A program made the translations under genes and the position numbers. A stretch of DNA of 64,000 nt. Source: Sedimentisphaerales bacterium. GTDB lineage: Bacteria > Planctomycetota > Phycisphaerae > Sedimentisphaerales > Anaerobacaceae. The notes beneath the pieces are model-generated. The model saw only the letters and a list, made by a program, of their open reading frames with translations, was not told the DNA's origin and searched no databases. Position 1 is the stretch's first letter; each line of letters begins with the position of its first letter. The DNA is taken from assembly GCA_963708075.1 (NCBI GenBank), contig OY970194.1, forward strand, positions 1,024,001-1,088,000, given 5' to 3'. This document shows, in pieces, positions 1 through 9,664 of the stretch.

Positions 1-604
1 TCTCATGCAGGGCATTTCTCCGCTGCACAAGCTCGGCGTATCGCTGGTCGCGGGGGAAGGTGAATAGGATCGCCGTGGTCTTCAAGTCGCGGCTGACCAG
101 CAGGTCCTGGTACAGGGGGCTTTGCGTCAGCTCCTGCCTGGCCAGGATCTTGTCCGCGTCCGGTGACTCCAGGGTGCGGGTCGTCGAGCCCAGTTCTTTG
201 AGGGGGATCGGCGGACTCTCCAGCAGAGGGACGTCCAGAATCGTCAGTACAGACTCGGCGACGTCCAGCCGTTTCAGGTCGTCTCGGAGCCTTGTCAGCA
301 GGGCCAGCGTTCCGTCCGAGAGCAAATCCTCCTTTGGCGTGAACGTCAGGATCAGGAAATCACCGCTTCCATACCGGGAGTCGATCAGGCGGGAATACTT
401 GAGGTCCTGGTCGTTCTCCAGCATCAGCGTCTCGGTCGAAGCGTCCAGCCGGAAACGTCTGACCCCCAATCCGAAAAAAACGATGACCGCGGCCAGGCAC
501 ACGATCACACTTTTCGGATGTCTCAGGACCACCCGGTCGAAGAGAGACTGTGCCAGTGAGCGGTCCTTCTTCATTGCGTCCGTTCGATGGAGTAGATGGT
601 GCAT
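1..604 (-). CDS. MMPL/RND-family transporter (HpnN-like), N-terminal part; runs off the window start
   Basis: Manual translation from ATG 604 (alternative 574): ...FDRVVLRHPKSVIVCLAAVIVFFGLGVRRFRLDASTETLMLENDQDLKYSRLIDSRYGSGDFLILTF..., a TM1 plus periplasmic-loop start typical of MMPL proteins. The start overlaps the upstream stop (TAATG). Confidence 0.8.
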   Translation of the reverse strand, partial: MHHLLHRTDAMKKDRSLAQSLFDRVVLRHPKSVIVCLAAVIVFFGLGVRRFRLDASTETLMLENDQDLKYSRLIDSRYGSGDFLILTFTPKEDLLSDGTLALLTRLRDDLKRLDVAESVLTILDVPLLESPPIPLKELGSTTRTLESPDADKILARQELTQSPLYQDLLVSRDLKTTAILFTFPRDQRYAELVQRRNALHE

Positions 605-1332
605 TATTGGCTCGGCGGCTTTTCCAGGTGAGAAAGAAGTTCCTCCACGGTGCCGCGTCGAAGGATGTCATCGAATTGCGACCGGTAGGTCAGGAGGATG
701 CTGACGCCTTCTATTTCCACATCATAGATCTTCCAGCGTACGTTCGCCTTGCTCTTGCCTTGTTCGTCCATCCGGTGAAGCTTGTACAGGATGGTCATCT
801 CTTTGTCATCGGATGTCAGTGTCATAGGGATCTGGATGGTGTTTTTCCCTCGCATCGCAGATTTGAACACGACCTTCTGATTTGTGTAGAAGGTGGTCTT
901 CTCCAGATATAAGGCCTTGAGCCGCTCGACGAAGAGCTTGGTGAACCTCTCTCGCTGCGCCCGGTCCAACTTGGGCCAGTGTGTTCGGCCCAGGGCGAGC
1001 TGACCCATCAGCGGGAAATCGAAGATCGGACTGACGATTCTGTCAATGATCCTCTCTTTGACTTTCTGATCCGGGTCTTTTGCCTGGAGGACCCTGAGCA
1101 CCGCATTCCACTTGGCCTGCAGCAGCTCGTTGGGGTTGTTGGGATCCTTGACCGGGACATCCCACTTGCTCCACCACAATTCGTTCGGATCGTTCGCGTC
1201 CTTGGCGATGGCAGCCGATTGACTCTCAGGCTGCTCCCTGTCGCCCTTTCGCCCCTTTTCCTCCGCACCGACACGCTGCCCCAACGCGAGCAGAATGAGA
1301 ATCACAGGCCATAGATTCCCTGTGATCCACAT
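604..1332 (-). CDS. MlaC/Ttg2D (HpnM-like) periplasmic lipid-binding protein
   Basis: Signal peptide; FDFPLMGQLALGRTW and WKIYDVEIEGVSILLTYRSQFDDIL motifs of the MlaC family. Start at 1332 is inferred; the ORF extends to 1383. Confidence 0.85.
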   Translation of the reverse strand: MWITGNLWPVILILLALGQRVGAEEKGRKGDREQPESQSAAIAKDANDPNELWWSKWDVPVKDPNNPNELLQAKWNAVLRVLQAKDPDQKVKERIIDRIVSPIFDFPLMGQLALGRTHWPKLDRAQRERFTKLFVERLKALYLEKTTFYTNQKVVFKSAMRGKNTIQIPMTLTSDDKEMTILYKLHRMDEQGKSKANVRWKIYDVEIEGVSILLTYRSQFDDILRRGTVEELLSHLEKPPSQ

Positions 1333-1533
1333 GGCATTTCGCCCGTTCACCAACCGTTGCCTGACTGGCATCTCCATACACATACCTCAATCGCGATGAT
1401 AAGCTTTCCGGCCGCCAACAGCCACCAATCGATCCTGGCCGGGCTCTTCCATCTGACTTCACCGCCGGCATTCCAGGATCCCAGGTGTCCTATGATAAGG
1501 AGTGCTGTATATAATCTCAATAGCGCGGTGAGC

Positions 1534-3259
1534 CTACTTCGGTGTAACCTTAAATGCGATGTCGTTGCCGACGTACGAGGCGTGGCCGCCGGTGGTGTGC
1601 AGCTCGGGGATGGTGACGGTGAGTTTGCCGTCGCGGCATTGGGCCGTCTGCGGGTCCAAATATCGGCCCCGCCACGTGCGGTACAGCCGCACCTCGTAAT
1701 CGCCGTCCTTCAGCCCGGCAATCGTGAAGGACTCGTTCGCAACGCTGGTCCGCGGGTTCACGACCCAGCCAAATGCGAAGTCGTCGCTTCGCATCGCCCA
1801 GGCGTCACAATTGCCCGCCGCAATCTGGGCGGGCTCGGGGGTCAGGTGGGTGAAGTCGATATCGCCGACGAACTGGGCGAAGTGCCGCATCTGATTCGTG
1901 ACGACGCCGTCATTGATCCAGTCGGAGTACGCCCACCAGAACGGCGTGCAGCACAGGCCGTTGGCCAGGCTCACCCATAAGGCATTGTGATACATGGCCA
2001 GATAGCCGGGCATGCCGGGCTCGTAATAGGTGTGATCGTAGCCGCACTCGCCGACGATCGCGGGCTTGTCGAACCCTTTCCACAGGTTCTGCACCTGCGT
2101 CGCGTAGTTGCGATAGCTGAATTGCAGGGGATTTTCGTCGTCGCAGCCGAGCTTACCGCTCTTGGGCATGGGGTGCCCCTGGGCCTCGTAGATCTCGCGG
2201 GCGGCGATGTCGAAAATCTTGTAGCCGCCGGGCCACCACTGGCCGATGCCGCCGCTCTGCGTGCCTGTGGTGGGCCGGCCGTAAGGGTCGTGCTCATTGA
2301 AGAAGGCGTCCATCTTGCGGCTCCACTGCTCCGCTGCCTCCTGGCCGCCTTTCTCCCAGCCTTCGGTGCCATTGATCTCGTCCACGATGAACCAGAGGAA
2401 CAGCGCCCGGCTATAGCCCCAGCGGGCGATGATGTAGCGATACAGTTTTTCCTGGTGCTTCCACGCCGGCTCGCTGGCGAAGAAGCCGGTCGCGTCGGTC
2501 ACGAGGCTATAGGGGTTGTGGCGATAACGGGCGTTGCCGCCGCCCCAGACGGCCTGCGACAGGTAGGAGTGGAACCAGATGTTCCAACTGATGTGGATGT
2601 CGCGCAGCTCACACCACTGGAAGAGTTGATCGAGCCGGCCGCAGCGATTCTCGTCGTAGCGGCCGAGCCCTGTGCCCATCGTCTCCAGCGGCGTGTGGAA
2701 GAAACTGATGAAGTTCACGCCCAGCTCCTTGAGCCGGTCCAGGTCCTGCTCGGCGATCTCGCCCCCGTTGAATAGCTCATAGCTGTCGTTGTACCACATA
2801 CCGACGCCGTAGAACGACGTGCCGTCATCGTATTTTAGATAGCGTTGATTCGGCGCGATCCTGACGAAACCATGGTGAGGCGAATCGGTGACCGTGAACG
2901 TGCCCGGGCGGCCCTGAGCTGTCCCCTCCCGGTCGGTGACCTTGACGATATAATTCCATGTCCCTTTCTCGGTCGGCGCGAATCGCACCATCCACAGCCG
3001 CGACCAGCCGGAAGGGTTGTAGAAACCCCAGATCGTCCATTTCCTGCCGGAAGGGGAGGTGAACTCCGCCCGCAGATCGATCTGCTCAGGGTCGTATGGA
3101 TTCTCGTACGTCGCATCGAGATCGATGCGGAGCTCGAATCTTCTCGTAGAGTCCCACGGTCCTTGACTCGGGCTGCACGGAAAGAATCGCCGGCTCGTTC
3201 GCCGCCACCGGCAGTGCAACCATTGCGGTGACCAGGATCGGCAAGATGTGTTTGAACAT
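1534..3259 (-). CDS. Secreted DUF5060-domain / GH5-like TIM-barrel glycoside hydrolase; frameshift at ~3140
   Basis: RBS AGGAG then ATG 3259 gives signal peptide MFKHILPILVTAMVALPVAA. An extra base in GAGAAGATTCGAG breaks ...GLYEK|FELRID. NPYDP..F.SPSG..GFY and W.VRFAPT..G.W.Y (DUF5060), YIIARWGYS, DEIN and VGECG motifs present. Confidence 0.8.
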
Positions 3260-3270
3260 GCAATTCTCCT

Positions 3271-4614
3271 CTATTCGACTGTGAAGGCAAGCTGATTGTC
3301 ACGGCCCTTCTGAAGGACGGCTTTGAAGCTGCGGACTTGGCCGTCCGGCAATTTCACGATGATGTTGTACGTTCCGCAGAAGCCGTGGAAAGTCGCTTGC
3401 CCTTTCTCATCCGTCTGCGCGTCCAGGCTGGTCTTCCACTGGTGGTGAATCAGGTCGCGCAGGCGATTATACACCGGCTTGGGGTCATATTCCTTGTCGA
3501 TGAGTCCGCCGCCAGGCAGCCAGATCTGGCGGTCGCTCAGGCCCCACCAGTTGATCGAGGCCACCGCGGGATGGCCGAAGCACAGCCGGTAGAACTGCTC
3601 CGCGAATTCCGCCTGGGTCTCTTCAGTCCACGTGCCCTCACGCCAACCGCCGGTGATCGGCTTGCGGCCGGATTGTGGGATGTACTCGGTGATGTGCAGC
3701 GGATAGCCGAGCCCGCCGAGCCTGTCCAGCGTCGTCCACACCTTCTCCGGCGAGAACCACTCCTCCCTCGGCTCATGTGCCTGGATGCCGAGTCCCGAGA
3801 TCGGCGTTCCTCGCCGCTTCAGTTCAGCGGCAAGCTGATAAAATCGCTCGCGATCCTCGATGCGGGAGACGACATTGAACTCGTTCAGGATCAGATGCGC
3901 CCTGGGATTGGCCTCATGCGCGGCACGAAAAGCCTTGTCCACATAATCAGCAATCGCTGGGATCGGTTCCTGTACATAGTCCCTCGCCCCGGTGTTCTTC
4001 CACGTGCGGCAGTGGATCGGCTCGTTGACCACGTCCCAGGTGTCGATCTGCCCGGCAAATCCGCCGACCTCTCTCCGCGCCCGGTTCATCACCAACTCTT
4101 CCGACCGCTCCGGCGGATACTGCCGGACCCACTCCGGTACCCCGGCGTCGTTCGTCCACACGAGTGGATGACCCTTGGTTGTGATGCCCTGCTCCCGGCA
4201 CCACGTAGCTGCCTTGAGTATGTCGTCGCGCGTCGTGATCCCCGGCTGTCGCTCGTACCCGGCCCAATAGAACGGGAAGACGGCAAAGTTGAACAAGTCG
4301 CTGAAACGCTGCTTCCAGAGCTCGCTCTTGTAGAGCTCGCCGCCTCGGACAAGATCGAACGCGATGCAGCCGAACAGGAACTCGTGCGTAGCCTGGCGGA
4401 TCTGCACCGGCGCAGCCGCTATCGCCTGTCCCTTACTATCCTTGAACGAAATGATCGTCTCCACCTTGCGGTGTTGCTCCATGCTGCTCCCGGCTTTCGC
4501 CAGGAATTCGGCCTCGATCTTCTGCGTATCCGCGCCACGCACCGGTGAGTGCAGCGTCAAGACGCAGATTGTCATAACGGCCGGCAGGCTTGCTTTCCAA
4601 CCATGTAGCGACAT
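3271..4614 (-). CDS. GH10 endo-1,4-beta-xylanase-like glycoside hydrolase
   Basis: KGHPLVW, WDVVNEP (acid/base), GLGIQAH, LHITE (nucleophile); signal peptide. Confidence 0.9.
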   Translation of the reverse strand: MSLHGWKASLPAVMTICVLTLHSPVRGADTQKIEAEFLAKAGSSMEQHRKVETIISFKDSKGQAIAAAPVQIRQATHEFLFGCIAFDLVRGGELYKSELWKQRFSDLFNFAVFPFYWAGYERQPGITTRDDILKAATWCREQGITTKGHPLVWTNDAGVPEWVRQYPPERSEELVMNRARREVGGFAGQIDTWDVVNEPIHCRTWKNTGARDYVQEPIPAIADYVDKAFRAAHEANPRAHLILNEFNVVSRIEDRERFYQLAAELKRRGTPISGLGIQAHEPREEWFSPEKVWTTLDRLGGLGYPLHITEYIPQSGRKPITGGWREGTWTEETQAEFAEQFYRLCFGHPAVASINWWGLSDRQIWLPGGGLIDKEYDPKPVYNRLRDLIHHQWKTSLDAQTDEKGQATFHGFCGTYNIIVKLPDGQVRSFKAVLQKGRDNQLAFTVE

Positions 4615-4701
4615 TGTTCCTCCTGCGATTCGTCAGGGTAAGGACACATCGACCCAAGAAGATAGCTCGGATTGGTCCGCCGGGCAAGGCAATCGTTGGT
4701 T

Positions 4702-4884
4702 CTATTTGCGTTGCACACGAAGGAAGCCCTGGCTGCGCGGCGGCAGGGTGAACAACACGCGGGTGCGCGGGCCGGCGGCGTCGAATGTCTGTTCGTGGAT
4801 GTCACTGGTCCGCCCATGCGAGATTGCAGGGCTGAGGACCAGAACCATCGGGACGAGGAGCAATCTCGAAACCTCGATCCTCAT
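4702..4884 (-). CDS. Small (60 aa) signal-peptide ORF, possibly a gene remnant
   Basis: MRIEVSRLLLVPMVLVLSPAISHG signal-like N-terminus; co-oriented inside the operon, with AGGAAG upstream. Confidence 0.35.
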   Translation of the reverse strand: MRIEVSRLLLVPMVLVLSPAISHGRTSDIHEQTFDAAGPRTRVLFTLPPRSQGFLRVQRK

Positions 4885-4917
4885 AGTCTTCCTGCTCGTG
4901 CCCATTTACCCCGCCTG

Positions 4918-5454
4918 CTACTTGCGGGGGGAAGGCAGCATGGGGTCGGCGCGGCGGAGGAACTGGATGGCGAGACCCCAGGGATCGCGCAGCATGGCGA
5001 GCTTGTCGCCGGCCGGAGTCGTCGTCACTTCGCCCACGGGCGTTGCCCCGGCGGCCATGAGCCTTTCCCGCATGGCATCGACATCATCGACCATGAACGC
5101 CACGTGCAGCAGCAGGGGGTCCATGGCCGCATAGTTCGGCACCGCCTCCGGCGGATTGTGATAGAGCTCAAGCATCACGTTGCCGCCGCTGTCGGCAATG
5201 AAGCGCATGTTGATCGGCGGCGGGCCCTCCCGCATGACCTTCATGCCCAGATTATCTACGTACCACTGCGCCATCTTGATAGGGTCCGCGACGTTCAGCG
5301 CGACGTGCTCTATCCGCACCGCGCTGCCGCCACGTGTGGTCGCGTCTGTTTCGCGTGCATGTGATTCCATAGCTGTCTTGCAGCCCGTCATGAGGACTGC
5401 AACGCTCACGATTCCTGCGAACACGGTTCGTGCCATCCATCTACAACCCATCAT
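4918..5454 (-). CDS. VOC/glyoxalase family protein, predicted lipoprotein
   Basis: IEHVALNV, LELY, LHVAFMVDDVD and DPWGLAIQF motifs; lipobox-like LMTGC. Confidence 0.85.
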   Translation of the reverse strand: MMGCRWMARTVFAGIVSVAVLMTGCKTAMESHARETDATTRGGSAVRIEHVALNVADPIKMAQWYVDNLGMKVMREGPPPINMRFIADSGGNVMLELYHNPPEAVPNYAAMDPLLLHVAFMVDDVDAMRERLMAAGATPVGEVTTTPAGDKLAMLRDPWGLAIQFLRRADPMLPSPRK

Positions 5455-5477
5455 AATCTCCCTGTCTCGGATCAGAC

Positions 5478-6766
5478 TCAACTGACGTACGGATGCTTCC
5501 ATGGTTCACGGTATGGCCGCTTCAGCAGATCGGCGGCGGCCGGATTGTTGGCAATCTGCTCGGTCTTCTCGTCCCAAACGATCTTCGCGCCACGTCGTAA
5601 GCGATCATGGCGAGCTTGACGGTCGCCGTGGAGCGGTAGCCGTCTTCGATGGTACAACTCGGCTGCTTATGATCGCGGACGGCGTTGAGGAACTCGGTCA
5701 TATGGGCCACGGCCAGGTCGCCGCCGGCCTTATGCTCGACCCGCTTGTCTTCTTCCTTCGGGATGATGACCCAGCGATCGTCGGTGACGAAGATCGTGCC
5801 GTTCTCGCCATAGAAGAAGATACCGTTCGCGATTTCCGGCGTGTACTCCTGGGCGCCCCAGATCCGATGTTTCCAGAAGACGGGACACGTATTGAAGTCG
5901 AACTGGACCGTGAGGATGTCGGGCGTGGTGATCTTGTCCCTGAAGTAGTAGATACCGCCGGAGGCCTGCACCGCCCGCGGCGTGGTCTCGCCGAGAATCC
6001 ATCGCGTGGCGTCGATCAGGTGAATTCCCCAGTCCACGAGATGGCCGTGTCCCGTGGTCTTTTCGAGTCGCCAGGCGAAATGGCCGACCTGGGGCGAGTA
6101 GGGCAGCTTGGGCGCCGGCCCGCACCACAGGTCCCAGTCGAGCGAGGCCGGCGGGTCCTGGGGCGTCGTGTCGCGTATACCGGCTGTGTAGTGGATTTGG
6201 GCGTCCACCTGGATGATCTTGCCGAGATTGCCCTGCTGGATGTAGTCGCGGACCTGCTGAATCGCCGGACTCTGGCGTCGCTGGAAACCGATCTGCACGA
6301 CGATGTCCTTGCCGGCGGCCGCATCGATCATCGCCCGGCCCTCGCGGATGTCGTATGCCAGAGGTTTCTCGCAATAGATGTTGAGATTCCTCCTGACAGT
6401 CGCGATGAAAGGCAGGGCATGCCAATGCGGGGGCGTCGCAATGATGACCGTGTTCAGGCCGGGCGTCTGGAGGAGATCTTCATAATGCTTGAAGGTCTTG
6501 GGCCGCGAGCCCTGGAGTTTCTCGACTTCCGCCGCGCTGTCTGCCAGGTGCTGCTCGTCCACATCACACAGTGCCAAGACTTCTACGCCGCCGGCCTTGA
6601 ACGCCGCCCGGACGTCCACCATGCCATACCAGCCGCACCCGATCAGACCGAGCTTGAGCTTTGGCTTGTCTTCGTTGCCGGCAAACGACGGACGCAGAAC
6701 GCTGTCCATCACCATGGTCCCGGCCACCGCCGTGCCGATGAATTTCCGTCGGTTCATCCGTTCCAT
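5478..6766 (-). CDS. Tat-exported Gfo/Idh/MocA oxidoreductase; frameshift near the C-terminus (~5590)
   Basis: RRKF twin-Arg, GLIGCGWYG, ATPPHWH, YCEKP, DWGIHLID. Restoring one G gives the family C-terminus GAKIVWDEKTEQIANNPAAADLLKRPYREPWKHPYVS* with stop at 5478. Confidence 0.9.
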
Positions 6767-6811
6767 GTGTCGAGTCCTTTCTCAAATGGATTGTATCGTG
6801 AACTGAGGCCC

Positions 6812-6839
6812 ATCATAACATGGAGAGGGACACTGTCAA
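6812..6839 (-). promoter_or_regulatory. Sigma70-type promoter for the Gfo operon
   Basis: TTGACA-16 nt-TATGAT with TG extension on the minus strand, ~45 nt upstream of ATG 6766. Confidence 0.6.
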
Positions 6840-6995
6840 CGGTGGCGTCTGCGAGGCAGGAAGTGAATGAATGAAGTGGACAACATACAGGAATGTACGC
6901 ACCGTGCAGACAGTGGCGTAAAACACCCTGACGTTGCTTTGCCGCGAATCTGGATGCAAGGAAGCCCGTCCCTAAGCACCGATCTTCGCAAATCC

Positions 6996-7064
6996 CTACG
7001 TTTTGACCGTGACGCTCGCCAGAAAGACGAGCATCACAAACGTTGTCAGAATCAACTCGTTCAT
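6996..7064 (-). CDS. 22-aa hydrophobic peptide MNELILTTFVMLVFLASVTVKT
   Basis: ATG..TAG ORF with a GGGGTGG SD-like sequence upstream, directly behind a perfect consensus promoter; one TM-like helix. Confidence 0.5.
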   Translation of the reverse strand: MNELILTTFVMLVFLASVTVKT

Positions 7065-7096
7065 AGCTCAGCACCACCCCAATTAAACATGATGGT

Positions 7097-7125
7097 ATTA
7101 TACCCGATGTCATGTCAACTGTCAA
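7097..7125 (-). promoter_or_regulatory. Perfect consensus sigma70 promoter
   Basis: TTGACA (7125-7120), 17-nt spacer, TATAAT (7102-7097) on the minus strand. Confidence 0.8.
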
Positions 7126-7260
7126 GGCGAAACGGATGCTCAGGCGTGAAGAAAATGTCACGATGGCATGCATCAGCGGGTATTGAGCAGGAAACGCGAT
7201 CTTTCTGGGGCCCAGGCCGAAGAAAATTCTTGTCGCGGACCGGATGAACGATTTACGGCG

Positions 7261-9660
7261 CTACTGTCCCTTCACGAAACCGACGTGGTCGAGGAGGATG
7301 ACGGCCGATCTTGTCCGGTCGAAGCGGAAACAAATCCGGCTGAGGAGGGTGGGATTGAACGCCGGGGTGACATCGATGAAGTCCGACAGTGGAATCTCAT
7401 AGGTTTGGAGCACGGGCTCGGCGGACGACTGATAGCGCATCCGTTCCCAGTGCGGCCATTTCGTAAATGTCACCTTGAGGACGCGCTGGAGTGGCCGGAT
7501 GTGACTAAGCGGCAGCTCCGCCGTCGATCCGTCGGACGCGACAAGCTCCACGGTGAAATCAATTGACGCATTTGGGTCGTCCCCCGCCGTCTCGCTAGTG
7601 GGCTGGTTCACGTCGTTGGGATCGGCGGTCTCAGACGGCTGTTCGGGCGTCACATCCTTCGGCGGGTCACAGCACTCGCCTGTATCCGCAAGGCAGAAAG
7701 ATAGCAGAGTGCGAGGCTCAAGTTGCCGCCGGCGAGCGAACTGCTCCGGCAGCGAAACCGTGTAGCTGGGGACCGCGTCGGACGTATCCTGTGGCTTGTG
7801 TCCCATGTTCCAGCCGAGGACAACCGCGTAATCGCGGAAGGGCCAGCCGCCGCGTCCCTTCATCTCCTGGTGCCGCCACGTACCCAGGTTCGTGCCGGCC
7901 TGCGAGCCGCCTGGGACGGTGGTCTCTGTAACGTCGATGGATTCATCAAACGTGGTGACGGGCGTAAAATTGGAGTCCTCGAAACGGCTGATGTAGATCG
8001 TGTCGGGCAGCCATTGTCGGGCGCAGCCGTGATCCCGAAACATGGGGATGTATTCGTTCCCGCCCCGCAGAGTCGCATCGAGGAACGCCGAGATGTACGT
8101 CTTGGCGATTGCCTGCTGCTGGACCTCGCTCAGCAGGGCGGCGCGCGCCAGGACATGTTTCAAAGGCGGGCCCAGGTCGTACTTGCCCCAGACGGTATTG
8201 AACTGGCCGTGATTCGCCCTGTAGATATACAGGGCCGCCTTCATCCAGTAATTGCCGTCGTTGAACGCGATTCGCCGGAAGGTGCGTGAGGCGGCGAAGA
8301 AATCGACGTCGGCGTCGTGGCTGCCCTGCAGGGCCAGGTAGTTGATGTTCTCAACGGGTACCGGCCGGCCCATCGGCTCGTACTGGCCGTCGATGGGGGC
8401 GATGGCGATGAGAGCCTGGATCGCGAAACCGAAGTCGAACCGCACGTTGGCGTCGTCCGGGTAATGCCTCAGTCTGTTGAAGGCTGCCGCGTGCAGGATG
8501 GCCTCGCCGCCGCGGGAGTGACCGATCAAAGCGATGTTCGAGAGGTCCGCCTTGTGATAGAAGGGGTTCTCCTCCTGCTCGTTCCATGCCCGCCACAGTT
8601 CCAGGTGCTTGAGCAGGAGCCAGCCGCGCGCGTCATTCTCTCCGCCGAGATCGCCGGACCAACTGAAATTGAGGAAGTTCTCGTCGATGGAAGCCGCAAT
8701 GTACCCTCGGCTGGCGAGCAGTTCTCCCAAATATGCGTAGCCTGGATCGGAGAATTCCTCCATCTTATGATTGCCGTGGACCATGAGGACGAGTGGGAAC
8801 GGGCCGGCCCCCTTGGGGAACCACACTCTCGCATTGAGAGGAACACGGTTTGGCTCAAATCCCCAGTATCGCTTGCGGGCCCATCCTTTGAAACCCTTGG
8901 GGTTCGCGACGAACACCGAGGCATCGACCGGCTCTGTCTTGAGGTCCGTCCGTGCGCCATACTCCGGACGACGCCGGTCCGTGCCGCTGCCGTAGAATGA
9001 AGTCGCTATCTCGTAACTGCCGGTTTGTGAGGGGTTGGGTGCGTCGAGTTGGGGTACAGGATGGCGGGCCGCCGCATGAGTGTCTTTGATGAACTGGTCT
9101 TGTCCCGGCCTCGCCAGCCAGGAGATGAAAGAGATTGCGATGGTGACGGCAAGTAGCAGCATGAGCGAGGCGATGGCGGCGTGGATCATGCCCGTGCGCC
9201 CGGGACTTCGCCGCAGGAGGATCGAGACGCCCGCACCGCCCAATCCAAGGAACACGATAAGCGGCCCGCCGAGACGGATAGCGAGATCCGGATCGAGCCC
9301 GAAAGGGTCTCCCATCGCGACGAGGATGCCGAACGTGGCGAGGACTACGGCGACGAAACGCAGGGGCATACGCCGGATGATGGCCAAAATGAGTATGAGA
9401 AGCAGGGTCGCCAGGGCAAAGGCAATGGCGCCGACGAACAGACAGCCGGCTACGTCGACGGCTGTTCCAAGGCCGGTGCCCATACAGAAGCCGCCATATG
9501 TCGGGAGGAACAGGGCGGCGATGATCAGTCCGACAGCGGCTCCGGGCCACGCGAGGCCGCAGAACCGTGTGCACGCTGTCATGCACCTCCGCAGGAAGCC
9601 GATCAAGCGGCGTACGATGGATTGCCATAGTCCCATGGAACCCTCCGATGACCGAGGCAT
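7261..9660 (-). CDS. Membrane-anchored alpha/beta-hydrolase (chlorophyllase/lipase-like) with N-terminal TM helices
   Basis: Several hydrophobic N-terminal segments; PLVLMVHGNH, GHSRGG nucleophile elbow, GSHDADV, ANHGQFN. Confidence 0.85.
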   Translation of the reverse strand: MPRSSEGSMGLWQSIVRRLIGFLRRCMTACTRFCGLAWPGAAVGLIIAALFLPTYGGFCMGTGLGTAVDVAGCLFVGAIAFALATLLLILILAIIRRMPLRFVAVVLATFGILVAMGDPFGLDPDLAIRLGGPLIVFLGLGGAGVSILLRRSPGRTGMIHAAIASLMLLLAVTIAISFISWLARPGQDQFIKDTHAAARHPVPQLDAPNPSQTGSYEIATSFYGSGTDRRRPEYGARTDLKTEPVDASVFVANPKGFKGWARKRYWGFEPNRVPLNARVWFPKGAGPFPLVLMVHGNHKMEEFSDPGYAYLGELLASRGYIAASIDENFLNFSWSGDLGGENDARGWLLLKHLELWRAWNEQEENPFYHKADLSNIALIGHSRGGEAILHAAAFNRLRHYPDDANVRFDFGFAIQALIAIAPIDGQYEPMGRPVPVENINYLALQGSHDADVDFFAASRTFRRIAFNDGNYWMKAALYIYRANHGQFNTVWGKYDLGPPLKHVLARAALLSEVQQQAIAKTYISAFLDATLRGGNEYIPMFRDHGCARQWLPDTIYISRFEDSNFTPVTTFDESIDVTETTVPGGSQAGTNLGTWRHQEMKGRGGWPFRDYAVVLGWNMGHKPQDTSDAVPSYTVSLPEQFARRRQLEPRTLLSFCLADTGECCDPPKDVTPEQPSETADPNDVNQPTSETAGDDPNASIDFTVELVASDGSTAELPLSHIRPLQRVLKVTFTKWPHWERMRYQSSAEPVLQTYEIPLSDFIDVTPAFNPTLLSRICFRFDRTRSAVILLDHVGFVKGQ

Positions 9661-9664
9661 CGGT

